A DNA stretch of 59,581 nucleotides, filler included, from Dirinaria sp. TL-2023a (taxonomy: Eukaryota): assembly GCA_051941275.1 (NCBI GenBank). It is 2 parts of 2 records of this genome, joined end to end, with 100 filler letters (N's around TTAATTAATTAA, not from the genome) between each part and the next. Parts side by side here need not be neighbours in the genome. Positions count along the whole stretch, not along the records: positions 1 to 29,820 come from JAVEBF010000111.1; positions 29,921 to 59,581 come from JAVEBF010000112.1. The stretch is one strand, 5' to 3'. Numbering within the stretch: position 1 is the first letter of the stretch; each line of letters starts with the position of its first letter. The position numbers and the translations under genes were made by a program. Shown in pieces: positions 23,440-35,252 of the stretch. A model generated the notes under the pieces. The model had not been told where the DNA came from. It did no database searches and worked only from the letters and a program-made list of their open reading frames with translations.

Positions 23440-25345
23440 ATGGCCTTGGGACGAGCACTCATTCGCGCCGCCAATGTGGTGAAAAAACGACCACTCAAAA
23501 TTTACACAAGTACACACGATGTCCAGCTGCATGCATCTAAGCTTGGAACTGATCGTGCCCGGCACTACCATACAACCTTTCCAAAACATACACCGGTGGC
23601 GACCAGTGCCCTACCAGCGTCCGAAAAATATCCTACCAATCATCAACCAATTGAGTCGCCGGGTAGCACTCCAAACTTCCTAGACAACCAATTCGTAGAC
23701 TCGAAGGCCACAACATGGATCGATCTTCGGGACCCAGCAACGAATAATCTCGTGACTCGGGTGCCCCAGAGTACCGACGAAGAATTACATTCAGCGGTGG
23801 AAAGTGCCAAGAAGGCATTTCCAGGATGGCGAGCGACAAGCCTGCTCCAGAAGCAACAGCTCATGTTCAAATTTGTCGCTTTGATACGTGAGAATTGGAA
23901 CCGGTTAGCAGCCAGTATCACACTGGAACAAGGGAAAACGTTTGCAGATGCGAAAGGCGACGTGCTCAGAGGATTGCAGGTTGCAGAGACAGCATGCGGT
24001 ATAACGACACAACTAACAGGCGAGGTCCTTGAAGTAGCGAAAGACATGGAAACCCGTAGCTACAAAGAGCCGCTCGGTGTGGTCGCAGCCATATGCCCAT
24101 TTAGTACGTATCAATGGCAATCCCAGTATATCATTGACCAACATCGCCAGACTTCCCTGCCATGATTCCTTTATGGTCAATGCCCATCGCCACGATCACA
24201 GGGAATACTCTAATTTTGAAACCGTCCGAACGTGACCCGGGAGCAGCAATGATCCTGGCTGAGCTTGTTCGAGATGCTGGATTTCCAGATGGCGTCATCA
24301 ATATTGTACACGGCTCAGCCAAAACCGTGGACTTCATAATCGATGAGCCAGCCATAAAGGCAATTAGTTTCGTAGGCAGCAACAAGGCTGGAGAGTACAT
24401 CTTTACAAGAGGCTCGGCGAATGGCAAACGTGTACAAGCCAATCTGGGTGCAAAGAACCATGCGGCCTTGCTGCCCGACTGCGATAAAGAGCATGCACTC
24501 AATGCTGTCGCTGGAGCAGCTTATGGTGCCGCTGGCCAACGATGTATGGCATTGAGCGTCCTAGTGACGGTGGGCGATACAAAAGAATGGCTACATGAGC
24601 TTGCTCACAAGGCGAAAGCTCTGAATGTCAATGGAGGTTTCGAAGAGGGGGCTGATCTGGGTCCTCTTATCAGCCCGCAAGCGCAAGAACGCATTGAAGC
24701 CCTTGTTGCAAGCGCGGAAGCAGAAGGGGCCACCATCCTTTTGGATGGTCGAGGGTACAAGCCTAAAAACTATCCCAACGGTAACTGGGTAAGTTCAGCT
24801 TTGCAATGATGCCAATCCCTAGGAGCTACCCGAGCTGCTAATTCCTGCTCCTCTCTGTAGATCGGTCCTACCGTCATAGCCAACGTCAAACCACACATGA
24901 AATGCTATACAGAAGAAATCTTTGGGCCCGTGCTTGTTTGCCTCAGTGTAGACACGATTGATGAAGCTATCAATCTCATCAATGCAAACCCGTATGGTAA
25001 TGGTGTTGCTATATTCACACGGAGTGGCAGCACAGCAGCGCGATTCCAGAAAGATGTAGAAGCTGGACAGGTCGGAATCAACGTGCCAATTCCGGTCCCA
25101 CTGCCTATGGTGCGTGAGAGGGCGATCAAGCAATGTAAACCTTATCACGAGCACTGCTAATCAAGGGGAATTCTTAGTTCTCTTTCACAGGCAACAAGAA
25201 AAGCGTGGCTGGTGGCGGAGCCAACACGTTCTACGGTAAAGCAGGCATAAATTTCTATACTCAGACCAAGACCGTCACAGCCCTTTGGAGAAGTGAAGAT
25301 GCCGTCGCAGCCAAGGCCAGTACAGAGATGCCGACCCAGAGCTAG
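23440..25345 (+). CDS. Methylmalonate-semialdehyde dehydrogenase (ALDH6), mitochondrial, 4 exons
   Basis: [91 protein letters not shown]. Confidence 0.94.
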
Positions 25346-26268
25346 TTTCAGGGACTTATGCAGAGCTGCGAACATATAGCAACAAGCTAATGAAGAAGTT
25401 GTCACGACTCTTTCGGCTTTTTCGAGTGGACCGCATGTTTCAGGGGTTTCTAGGGACTTATATATCTTCAAAGCTGAGCCTGGTGGGCATAACATTTCAT
25501 GTTTTAGTCATCAAATCAGGTACGTCATCTTATTGTAGACTCTCCCTTATTGCATTTTTTTTGGTTAAAACTTGCTGTACTTGTAGTCGATCTCTTCTTC
25601 TTGTGTTGATATGGATCATGAAACCACCAAGCTAGGTAGGCTTCAATGGATCTGAATTTCGTGTGGATTTCCCACCTAATTCATTTACTGTCCTGAATCA
25701 TGAGTCACTACAATTTCAGGCGTCGTGCGAACCGCGAGATCCCTGCTCTTGTTTGCTTAGAGTCAATGCTGTTGTCAACTATTTCAATTCACGCAACTGC
25801 TTGACGTCATTCTCTCGATATGAATATTGTTCAAGAACACCTCTTTATAAGAGCATTCCAAATACCATGGCACCTGCACACAGGAGTATGCTTGATTGAC
25901 AAGATACTTTGCCACAGTACCAGGTTAGCTAATCTGTGTGTCCTCAAATAGGAGAAACTGTGCAGGCATATGACTATATCTGCCGTACCTTAAGGTATAT
26001 AGTAGGTCATTCAGAAGCAAGAAGCTAAACACTTCATTACATTACCTTATTGCTGCTCAGAAGGTGCGGGGGATGTGACGGGATCAGTGAGCCGAGATTG
26101 TCAATTGTTGTGCTCAGATCTGGTCTGAATGGCCCCACAATTTCTACGATCACCAGACTGATCATTCCATTTAGCTCCTGCCATTCCGACCCACTTTCAT
26201 CTTTCTCCCTCTTCCATCTTTACTTTATACGTATTGTCCAATCATACTCTATTTCGCAGCTTTTAAGA

Positions 26269-27162
26269 ATGAGCCTCTCACCTCCACCTGCCCGGCGCCC
26301 AAGCCGTTGCCAGCAGCTTCGTCGCCCCTTCCACAAGTTCCGTGCCTGGCTTGGCTTCAAAAGACACAGCTCCAGCACCAAACCCGAAGCACCGCCTGTG
26401 CTCACGGACAATCATACAGCTCTACCCATAACGACCGAGCCAAATCCAGTCGAACCCGAGCAGGTCAGCACAACGGTTGCCTTCACCCCCAGCCCGCCGA
26501 TCTACTCCAGTCAAAACATGGAAACGTTCGAAAACATCCAGACTGAAGAGCGCCTCGGAAGTACCAGGCCATTTATACCGACCAGACGACTCCAGAATCT
26601 CCCAATAGCAGTCCTAACCCGCATCCTTCAATACCTTTTGGTCTCAGACCAGCCCCTGATCCTCCAAAACGATAGCGAGACCCCGAACGACTATCGTCCG
26701 CATCTGCATCCCGAAGCTTTGACAAGCTGCCGCCTCCTCTATCACATCGGCATGCCCATCCTCTACGGCTCGAACACTATCACTGCGTCTTCGCCTGCGA
26801 CATCCAAGCACTTCGACAAGCAGCTGCTTCAATTACCAGGCAAACTCCGGCAGCTTATCAGGCATATAAAGCTAGAGATCGATTGGGCCGACCAGATGTG
26901 GGAGAATCTGCCGCTCATTGCGAGGGTTCTGGGAGAGATCGTAGGATTAAAGAGCGTGGAGATCGTGATTACGGTGCCTGTTCAGCGGACGGGAGCTATG
27001 GCCGACATGATGCTCAAGGTAGAGAAGAAGATTTTGGTGGACATGGTTACGGACCTCAAGGGGTTGCGACGGCTCCGACTCGCGGGCTTCCAGGATCGAC
27101 GCTTCGCTGATAATTTGGAGGCTTGGGTCGCGAGAGGCAGAACGGGCCCGGCTCGGCTATAG
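26269..27162 (+). CDS. Hypothetical fungal protein with an F-box-like segment (LQNLPIAVLTRILQYLL) and a downstream 'L.SCR.LY..G..ILYG.N' motif
   Basis: Single long ORF with coding-like composition; motif pattern typical of fungal F-box-like families. Start ATG uncertain (26269 or 26518). Confidence 0.7.
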   Translation: MSLSPPPARRPSRCQQLRRPFHKFRAWLGFKRHSSSTKPEAPPVLTDNHTALPITTEPNPVEPEQVSTTVAFTPSPPIYSSQNMETFENIQTEERLGSTRPFIPTRRLQNLPIAVLTRILQYLLVSDQPLILQNDSETPNDYRPHLHPEALTSCRLLYHIGMPILYGSNTITASSPATSKHFDKQLLQLPGKLRQLIRHIKLEIDWADQMWENLPLIARVLGEIVGLKSVEIVITVPVQRTGAMADMMLKVEKKILVDMVTDLKGLRRLRLAGFQDRRFADNLEAWVARGRTGPARL

Positions 27163-28079
27163 GATTGGATGGCAATTGTCTCTGCTGAACTCTGGACATC
27201 CGGTTTCGCGGCTTGACATGGTTGGAAGAATTGGAGGGGCGGCACAGTGGAGGCGGCGAAACTTGGGAGGGCAGATAGGATTAATTTTAGGCCTTGAACA
27301 ATGAGTCTGAGTGTATACGCTGCGACCCTTCTACAGAACTTGACGATCGTAGATCATCAGTATGTACTCATTTGTATTGAAGGCAGGAATTGCCAGAATT
27401 TCTAAATGGGTAGTGCTTCCCCATCCTACTAGACCGTACTTTCAGGTCGAGGGTCATGTCAAGTCTTCGAGTCCCGTCTGATGTGCCTACATACATACCT
27501 TACTGTATAACATATTATAAAATTACTCCCAAGGAGGGTGGCACTCGTATTACCTTAAGGTAGAGGTACCTCAAGAGTGAAGTCGAATCTCGCTAGCCTT
27601 GTCGACCAAGGCAGGAACTTTTCGGCGGCTCTTGCCCGAGCAATAATGTGGTCTTGGTACCTTACTTGCATATAGGTACCGTAGTTCAGAGAGGGAGGGA
27701 GGCTCGATTGGCTGATGGAGAGTCGGAATGGAAGTACCGAGGTTCCGACGGCTGAATCAGGCAATCAGCCGCGTGCTCTTCTTGGCTGCTCTTGGCTGCG
27801 GCCCAGCACTCGATCATCAGATTGTTACTAAGGTAAAGTAGCTACTTTACCGTTGATAACAAGTAACCTCTCTCACCCTTGCTGCTGCTTCTCCTTGCCA
27901 ATTCCCTTCCTGAACTCAAGTAACTTACCATTTCAAGCCTTTGCACTTCAAGCTTTTGCGTGCGAGCAGCAACCCCCGACCCAAGTAACCTCGGCCAGAG
28001 ACCCATGCCCACACCGTAAATACCCTTCGACTTTACCGTATGTAGTAGGTTCTAGCTGGACAGTTCGGAGCTCAGGGAG

Positions 28080-29820
28080 ATGCCTCAAGCCGCATCATGG
28101 ACAGGCACACCTTCCATCAAAGGCTCCACCGAGTCCGTACGGATGGCCCTCCTCACCTTCAGTCTAGTTGGCCTTCAGTAAGCATCCTAAAAGCTTGCGC
28201 ACGGCTGCCAGGCTAATCTATGGGTCCAGAATCACATGGGGTATTGAAATGACCTGTAAATATTTCAGCGGCCTTCATCTACTTTTCGCGAAAGGGCGCT
28301 CGCTAAAAAATAAGGCAGATTGCACTCCCTACCTCCTTCAGCTCGGCCTTACCAAAAGCAAAACATCTTTAGTATGGATCGCTGGGCCATTGTCAGGCTT
28401 GATAATGCAGCCAGTTGTTGGAGTGCTCGCCGATAGCTCAAGATCGAAATGGGGTAGAAGAAGACCTTTCATGATAGCCGGTTCTCTAATTGTGGGTCTT
28501 TGTCTGGTGGTGCTGGGGTGGACGTCCGAGATCGTAGGAACCTTAGTATCAGACCCAAACATGGTCAGTGAAGGCGTCCTGATGGGAAAAATTTATTTCT
28601 AAGGAGAATATGCAGAAACGTTCTGGCACGATAGCTTTGGCGGTTTTGAGTATTTACGCAGTGGACTTCGCCATCAATGCAGGTAAGCATCCGAAGACCT
28701 CTCTCGGCAGAAATATCTTGCTCATGGCGAACCCAGTGCAGTCTTCCTGCCGCAGCTTGATCGTTGATACGTTACCAATCCCAAAGCAGCAGCTTGGGTC
28801 CGCCTGGGGTAAGTCTGAGCTCAACCCCATGTTTTGTACGCCAGTTGAGATCCTGAAGCTAGCAGGATGGTTGCGGTCGGCCATCTGTTTGGCTACGGCT
28901 TAGGCACAATCGACCTCCTTAGAGTCTTTGGGACCTCCCTTGGTGACTCCCAATTCAAGCAGCTCACGCTCATCGCTGCCTTTGCGTTACTCTTTGCCGT
29001 CTCAGTGACGTCTTGGGCGGTGGAAGAGCGGGTCTTGGTCTCAACAAAGTACGTCACTCTATTCTGGAATCTTATCAATAGCCGGCTGAATTTGCGTAGA
29101 GATGCAGATGCAAGGTCAGGTGCTGTCACGATGATTAGTAAAATCCTTAGAACAACATGGCATTTGCCAGACAGGATACGAGCCATATGCTGGGTGCAAT
29201 TCTGGGCATGGATCGGTATGTGACAATTTCCTGAGTAATGATCCTTAATGCATCTGACAATCTAAGGGTGGTTCCCGTTCCTTTTCTACAGTACTACATG
29301 GGTAGGAGAGGTCTACTTCCGCTATTCTAAGCACGTCAACGTGGAGGATTCTAAAGACACACTTGGAGACATCGGCCGCGTCGGTTCGCTATCTCTTGTT
29401 GTGTTCTCCATTATCACATTCGCTGGTTCTGTCCTCCTGCCATGGATTGTACAGTCGCCGGACACAGAAAAACGAGCGTTCACCCCTAGGCCGCCACGTG
29501 GTATCGCGCCAATACTCACCGTGCTTAATCAGTACAAGCCCGATCTCATGACTGCGTGGATGATCAGCCATATGATCTTCGCAGGCTCAATGGCACTAGC
29601 TCCCTTCGTTCGATCTCTCAAGATGGCCACCATTCTAGTCTCTATCTGCGGCATGTAAGTCGAAAATATTACGTATAGCATTCTCCCCACGCTGCTAACC
29701 AAAAGTCACCAGACCTTGGGCACTGGCATGCTGGGCCCCCTTCGCTTTCATGGGCATCGAAATCAACCGCCTCACAGCACCCAACACGATCCTCGCCAAC
29801 GGCTCCTCATACCGCCGCCT
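28080..29820 (+). CDS. Sucrose/alpha-glucoside:H+ symporter (SUT1-like, GPH/MFS), multi-exon, 3' truncated by the gap
   Basis: W.G.PSIKGSTES.RM.LLT.SL.GLQ|.TWG.EMTY|CTPYLLQLGL, WIAGPLSGL, SKWGRRRPF, DFAINA, WIGWFPFLFYSTTWVGE, PWALACWAPFAFMG.EIN. Confidence 0.9.
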
Positions 29821-29920
29821 NNNNNNNNNNNNNNNNNNNNNNNNNNNNNNNNNNNNNNNNNNNNTTAATTAATTAANNNNNNNNNNNNNNNNNNNNNNNN
29901 NNNNNNNNNNNNNNNNNNNN
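29821..29920. other. Artificial assembly spacer: 100 nt of N with an embedded TTAATTAATTAA six-frame stop linker (29865-29876)
   Basis: 44 N + TTAATTAATTAA + 44 N; followed by a poly-A contig start (29921-29957). Confidence 0.95.
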
Positions 29921-31308
29921 AAAAAAAAAAAAAAACAAAAAAAAAAAAAAAAAAAAATAGAAATCTGAAAAACCGCAAAAGCGCAGCTGCCGCCAATTCA
30001 CCGCCAGAAACCCGCAAAACCTACAAAAAGGAGAAGCTCGAAAAAAGTGTTGCAGAATGAATATTCATAGACAGTCTCAGAAAGAGAAAGAATGGCGAGA
30101 TGGGAGCTGGTTTGGGGACGGAAAAAAGGCTAAGAGGCTGCTTCAATTCCCCAATGTCGAAGGGAAGATTTTATATTTTGGGAGGAATGGGCTTTTCCCG
30201 TTCAAAAGAAGCGGTTTTTAGGAATGCTACTTGATAAAATGCGGGACATGCAGTTCCAAACGATAAGGTAGCGAATTTTTGATTTTCAATTAAGATAAGC
30301 ATGAAAGGATCTGAAATTTTTCTTGTATTGAACTAAAGGAATAATGGATTATGTGGGAGGAAGTGCAGTGGTGATAATGAATGGAAAGGTTCTAGCTGCT
30401 GCAAGTACTTGTTTGGTCAATTTGGGTGCCTGTCTCTCTAGACGGGACTTGTCTCAGAGCGGGTGCTGGTTTCGCGACATTAGATTTGCTATAGCATGGG
30501 ATTTCTCTATATGATGTGGTACATTTACAATGGCATATTCATCTTTCTAAACTTGATTTCAATGACGCCGTTGTAAGGGCAACAGGTCAGTATCTTGCTT
30601 ATCACTGCATCTATGCAGCTTAGTGAATCGCTCCTTCCAAGACACTTAGGCGAGGCATACTCATTCGTCTGACCGACTATTGTATCTTATCTAGGTATCT
30701 GAGATGGTGGAGAATACTTCAGTAATGTCTTGAGCGCACTTCAAGACGTCTTCTTCCCACGCATGGCTTCTCTTCTGCGTCTTAGACTTGTAATTTGTTC
30801 GTCTTCTGCGCTATGAATCAACTCCTCTTTCACATCCTTAGATCTCTGAGATGCGCGCGTAGAGATAGGCGGTATCACACTATGTCTCTCATCGCCTCCG
30901 CTCATCATAATTGTTACGCCCCTTGATTCCCCCGACTGCCTTGCTGGGAGTGGCATTGAATCGCTCCTGCACCACTTTTCCACATGACTCGTTGGGCTTT
31001 TGTCAGGCACTTGAACCTTACCTAATGAATGTAAGGAGTGTTTCCTGATGAAAGATTTGAACCTGGCATTGTATGACTTCCAAACACACGAGTCGAACAT
31101 GGCGCGAAATTGTCCTCACAACCAAAGCTTAGAGGACTTTTGGGTGACCCATTGCACAATATTGTGCGCTATATTGAAGCCGGCCATGTTCAAGCTGTGT
31201 AAGCGCCCGGAACTGGTCATGCGAAGAAGCACTGACTTCTAGCAACACCGTTCCAGGCAACGTGGCCCTATGCACATCCTTTTCTGACTACTTGCCGGCC
31301 TTGTTTAT

Positions 31309-34300
31309 TCACGGCATCTTGTGCGCCATGACGGGCGAAGACGGCGGGTCTGGAAGCTTGGCATTGCAGAGTGAGAGCATGCCCGCGTACTTGCCGTCGA
31401 TGGCAATATTGACCACCAGGGTTGGCTCGTCGTCCGTCAAGACTCTAGCAGGCGTGACACGCTTTCGTAGGTCTGTTTCGACTACCGGCGTAAATGCAAC
31501 GCCCCGTTCGTGCAGGAAGACCCCGGAGCCGATAGCGACTTTATAATTTCTCCTGAGTTGTGGCACAAAGATCTCTGCGAATACCCCGTCCCCATGACTC
31601 GCCTCAGTCTCGACGGCTTGTACGCAGTCCTGGATGTTGAAATCTTCGTCACCTTTCAGATATCTCGTCGCTTGCCGATAGATGGCTCGAGCCGCAAGAT
31701 CATCTGATACTGACTGCATCCCGGCGCCCATTAGCATCCACCAGATCTTGCGACTTCCGATGTCAATATCCCAAGACTCCTCAAATACCACCTTCTCAAC
31801 GACCATGTCAGTTGCCGTAGTACCTTCATTATAGGTTAAGAGGTCGAAAATGTCCTTGAATCCATAGCGGCGAGCCCACTGGATTGGCGTCTTGCCAAGC
31901 GCGTCCATGCTAAATGGGTTGGCGCCGCGCTTGAATAGGAAGTGGACCACATCGTAATGGCCTCGTACGGAAGCTACATTTAACGGTGTTGCACTATTGC
32001 GACCACCGAGCGCCTCAAAATCTGCTCCAGCCGCCACCAGGTATTGCACTACATCAAGCAGACCGTACGAAGCCATGTAGTATATCGGAGGGGTGCTGTA
32101 AATTTGCGCCGGCTCAGAGTACGGTATCAAGATTTGGACCCAGGAATGAAAGTTGTGGCGCCCTCTATCTGCACTTCGAAGGAAGTCTCTAACTGTTAGC
32201 CACAACTCATCATCGATGTAATGTGCATCTCGGAGATGGAGAGTCCAGCACTGTGAGGCATAGGAAAGTAAGGGATATTGCATATGATGGAGCCTGACTG
32301 CAAGCTTCCGAGGACGCAAACCGGTGGCGAACTCGTCAAAAGACAGGTATGTCAAGCATTTCATGGCCATCGTCCGATGGAACTCATGCTCTGAGAAGTG
32401 GAAAAACCCGGCACGTGTACTGGAACTCAGGAAAGTCTGCACAGACTGATGCGCCAGTGCGACAAGCTTGGTTTCACTCTCATAGGTGAGCAAATTGCCA
32501 CAGATACTAAGCACGTCCCGTGGATCTGCCAGAGATTTGTCCTCGTCTAAGCTCGGCTTTCCAGGGGTAATCTGAAGAAGCTCGCATATCAACTCTAGTC
32601 TCAGAGGTTTGTAGGTAAATGTCAAAATCTCGAGAATATCTCGCGCAAGCTTTCGATCCTCTTCGCCATCGATGCGGTCGAGCATTTGCTGGTAAGTCTG
32701 GTCTAGAGTTGGCGGTAGACTTCTCAATGCCCGCTTGACAGCGGCAGGTGTTCGCAGTCTGGACAAAATATCAAGCTGGCATTGCACCCATCGAAACATG
32801 CCCTTTGCACCTTTCGTGAGCGTTGACTCAATCTCAGCCTTGAGTTGTGGACTGTGGCGTCGCAAACGAGCGTCTGACTCTAGACTCGAACTTATGAGCA
32901 TATGGATGTCTTGTTGAAGCTCTTGCCCTCTCAGACTACTCAGGTTGATTTTGCTCAGCCTGGGAAACATATCTATGCATGTTTCGATTCCTTTCTCGTT
33001 GATGCTCGAGACGAAAAGATGCACAGCTGTTGCCGGAGAGTTCTGTACCAGTTGCAACATCGAGTTGAGAATCGTCTCCGGATCCTCGCATTCGTTCACA
33101 CCATCGAGAAGGATGTACACCTGTTCGCGAGATCGTAACACTGTGGCAACTGCATCATACAGGTCTTCGGAAGCACCTTGTTTGGCTTCAGCTAGCCGAA
33201 AGTTCCGTTCAACATGCTTCGTGTACAGAGTTTCGATATACCCGGTCTCCGTGTCAGAAGATACAAGCTGAGCAAGCAACGAGCCCAATACGTTCCGCGC
33301 ACTAAGACTTTCGCTGTTGGTAAAGGAGCTATAATAGTAAGCAATGTGATGCTCTGATATATGGCCGCTTAGCTCCCCCAGAACAGTCGTCATCAAGGTA
33401 GACTTTCCAGCTCCAGTCATGCCGTTGAGCCAAAAGGTAGCCGACTCAACAGAATCTCTCCACTGTTGAAAAGCTTTGCGCGTAGTGAGCCACTGCCCAG
33501 TACCAGGTGTACGAGCCTCGAGGATGCGGTCACGAGCCTCCTGTGCATCGACAGGCGACAGCCACTCCATTAACTTGACGTGCTTCTCCAAGCGCTTCTC
33601 TGCTTCTCTATCGAGCTGAGCAGCCTCCAATTGGGAATTGATATCCGTGATCTGAGCGAAGATCTGTTGAGTATAGTCTAGCTCATCCGTCATTTGGGTG
33701 AGCATAAAGTAAGTCTTGAGTCTCTCAAGCCTATCGCAGATCGTTAGTGAGACACTTAAGAAGGTTCGAATATGAAGACAATTTTCGTAGCTGAAGATTG
33801 CCTGACGCAGAGAATCGAGCAAATTGCTTACTTCTGCAGGTATTTGGCTGTCTCCGTGTCCTTTAGAGGCCATTTGAGCCTCTGAATATGTTTTTGAAGC
33901 TTGCTCTTTGGTTCGGTCAGTCGTGATAGGAGTTCGTTCAGCGAATCTAAGGTCTCCTTCAAAACCTTTAGCAAGAATTAGCTTTAGCACCAAATCATGT
34001 AGACACGCTGCCCGGCTGTGCGCGATCGTCAAATAACCATTTCAAGTAAATGAAGACATATATCACAGCCTCGGCCATCAATTGTGGCAAGAAAAACCGT
34101 TGCGGAGGCCGCTTACCTTGAGATGGCGCTCATCCAGTACTTGCTCGGACAAGGCATCAGTGTCCCGTGACAGCGTCTGCTCCTTTCTTCTTTTGAGGTG
34201 CTCTTATAAGATATGGAGGTCAGCAAGGCTCTCAAGTACGAAAATAAAAAGATTCTTTCAGAAGCGCCGGCTCCATGTTTAGTAGGTTATGGCTCCACTG

Positions 34301-34459
34301 TCACCCACCCAATACCCCAATCAAAGCAAATATCTCATTCGAAAGCTGCTGAATATCCTTCGAAGCATGTTTTGCATCCTTCGCATAGGTATAAATAGTC
34401 GAGGTCGCCTCAAATGAGACACCCAACACAGTGAGGATTATACCACTCAAATCCGCCAT
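31309..34459 (-). CDS. Fungal NLR-like STAND protein, about 930 aa: HeLo-like N-terminus, NACHT, winged helix, about 3 ankyrin repeats, extra C-terminal domain; exons 34459-34309, 34202-34117, 33965-33832, 33730-31309
   Basis: Spliced N-terminus MADLSGIILTVLGVSFEATSTIYTYAKDAKHASKDIQQLSNEIFALIGVLEHLK...RLKWPLK...LERLKTYFML. NACHT motifs WLSP..RTPGTGQW, Walker A GMTGAGKST, Walker B ILLDGVNEC, GMFRWV.CQL, LP.TLDQTY, LAHQSV..FL. Ankyrins include TPLNVASVRGHYDVVHFLFKRGANP. Confidence 0.88.
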
Positions 34460-35252
34460 GGTTATACGCGTGGAAGTCCTCCTGGGTAGACACCGTATCG
34501 ACGAAACCGGGAATCGAAGTGATAGTTGGACGCATGCTATATCATCGCCACTGCATCATGTATTGAGACAGAAACGGATACCGATAGGTGGTAAAGGTGT
34601 ATTGAAGTCCAACAACACAGCATGCGATGGGTGAAAGCAATCCTGAGGTAAGTAAGGCAAGCTTATCAGGAGTCATGGCAGCATAGAAGTATTAAGTCAA
34701 AGCGGTAAGCCTGATCATCAGAGCTCATAGAAGGTGGTCAGACAGATCAACAGAGCGGATTGTCGATCATCAGCCTGATGCTGAAACTGAAGCTGAGGGT
34801 GTGGGGCGAGCACCTGGATGAGTCTCTCTATCAAAACCCAGACTTCAGTTTACTTGATGAACGAGTAATAGGAAAGTCTGGACTAGCATGTACAAAGGGT
34901 AAAGGGATTTTTTATAAATATGTACAATATAAAGGTGGTGTACTTTGTGGCTATGGTCGATTTGTAAAGTGCACACGCTTTTCGACTACGATTAGGGTTT
35001 TTTTGGGGTTCAAAGTAACCGCTGCTGAACAACTTTTCTGCCCAAAGTTTGCCTACCAGAGGGACCGCATCATAGCAGGCTGATAATGTTGGCTCTCTCA
35101 AAAATAGAACGAGGTTTATATATAATGATTTCAGTTGCTATATACAAGTTTGAGTGGCCACCATCGTCTGATAACCTTCAGACGCTTTTTAACAATGCAC
35201 AAGGTTTCCATCGCTAATATCATCTACCCAATCGGTGTGCCTATACCAAGCG

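Noticed and set aside
29865..29876. TTAATTAATTAA as a biological palindrome or transposon target site
   Set aside because: Centred inside an N run; a standard six-frame stop linker.
30741..31100. 119 aa ORF downstream of the NLR as a partner effector or amyloid-motif gene
   Set aside because: No recognisable domain or amyloid pseudo-repeat and no convincing splice link; cannot be supported.
31309..31824. Separate or functional copper-transporting ATPase gene
   Set aside because: No DKTGT, CPC, TGE or TM segments, and the segment is in frame with the ankyrin repeats.
33731..34032. ORF-track N-terminus of the NACHT protein (MTIAHSR...)
   Set aside because: Starts at TTG within an intron and reads exon 3 in the wrong frame; the spliced model gives a recognisable HeLo-like sequence.
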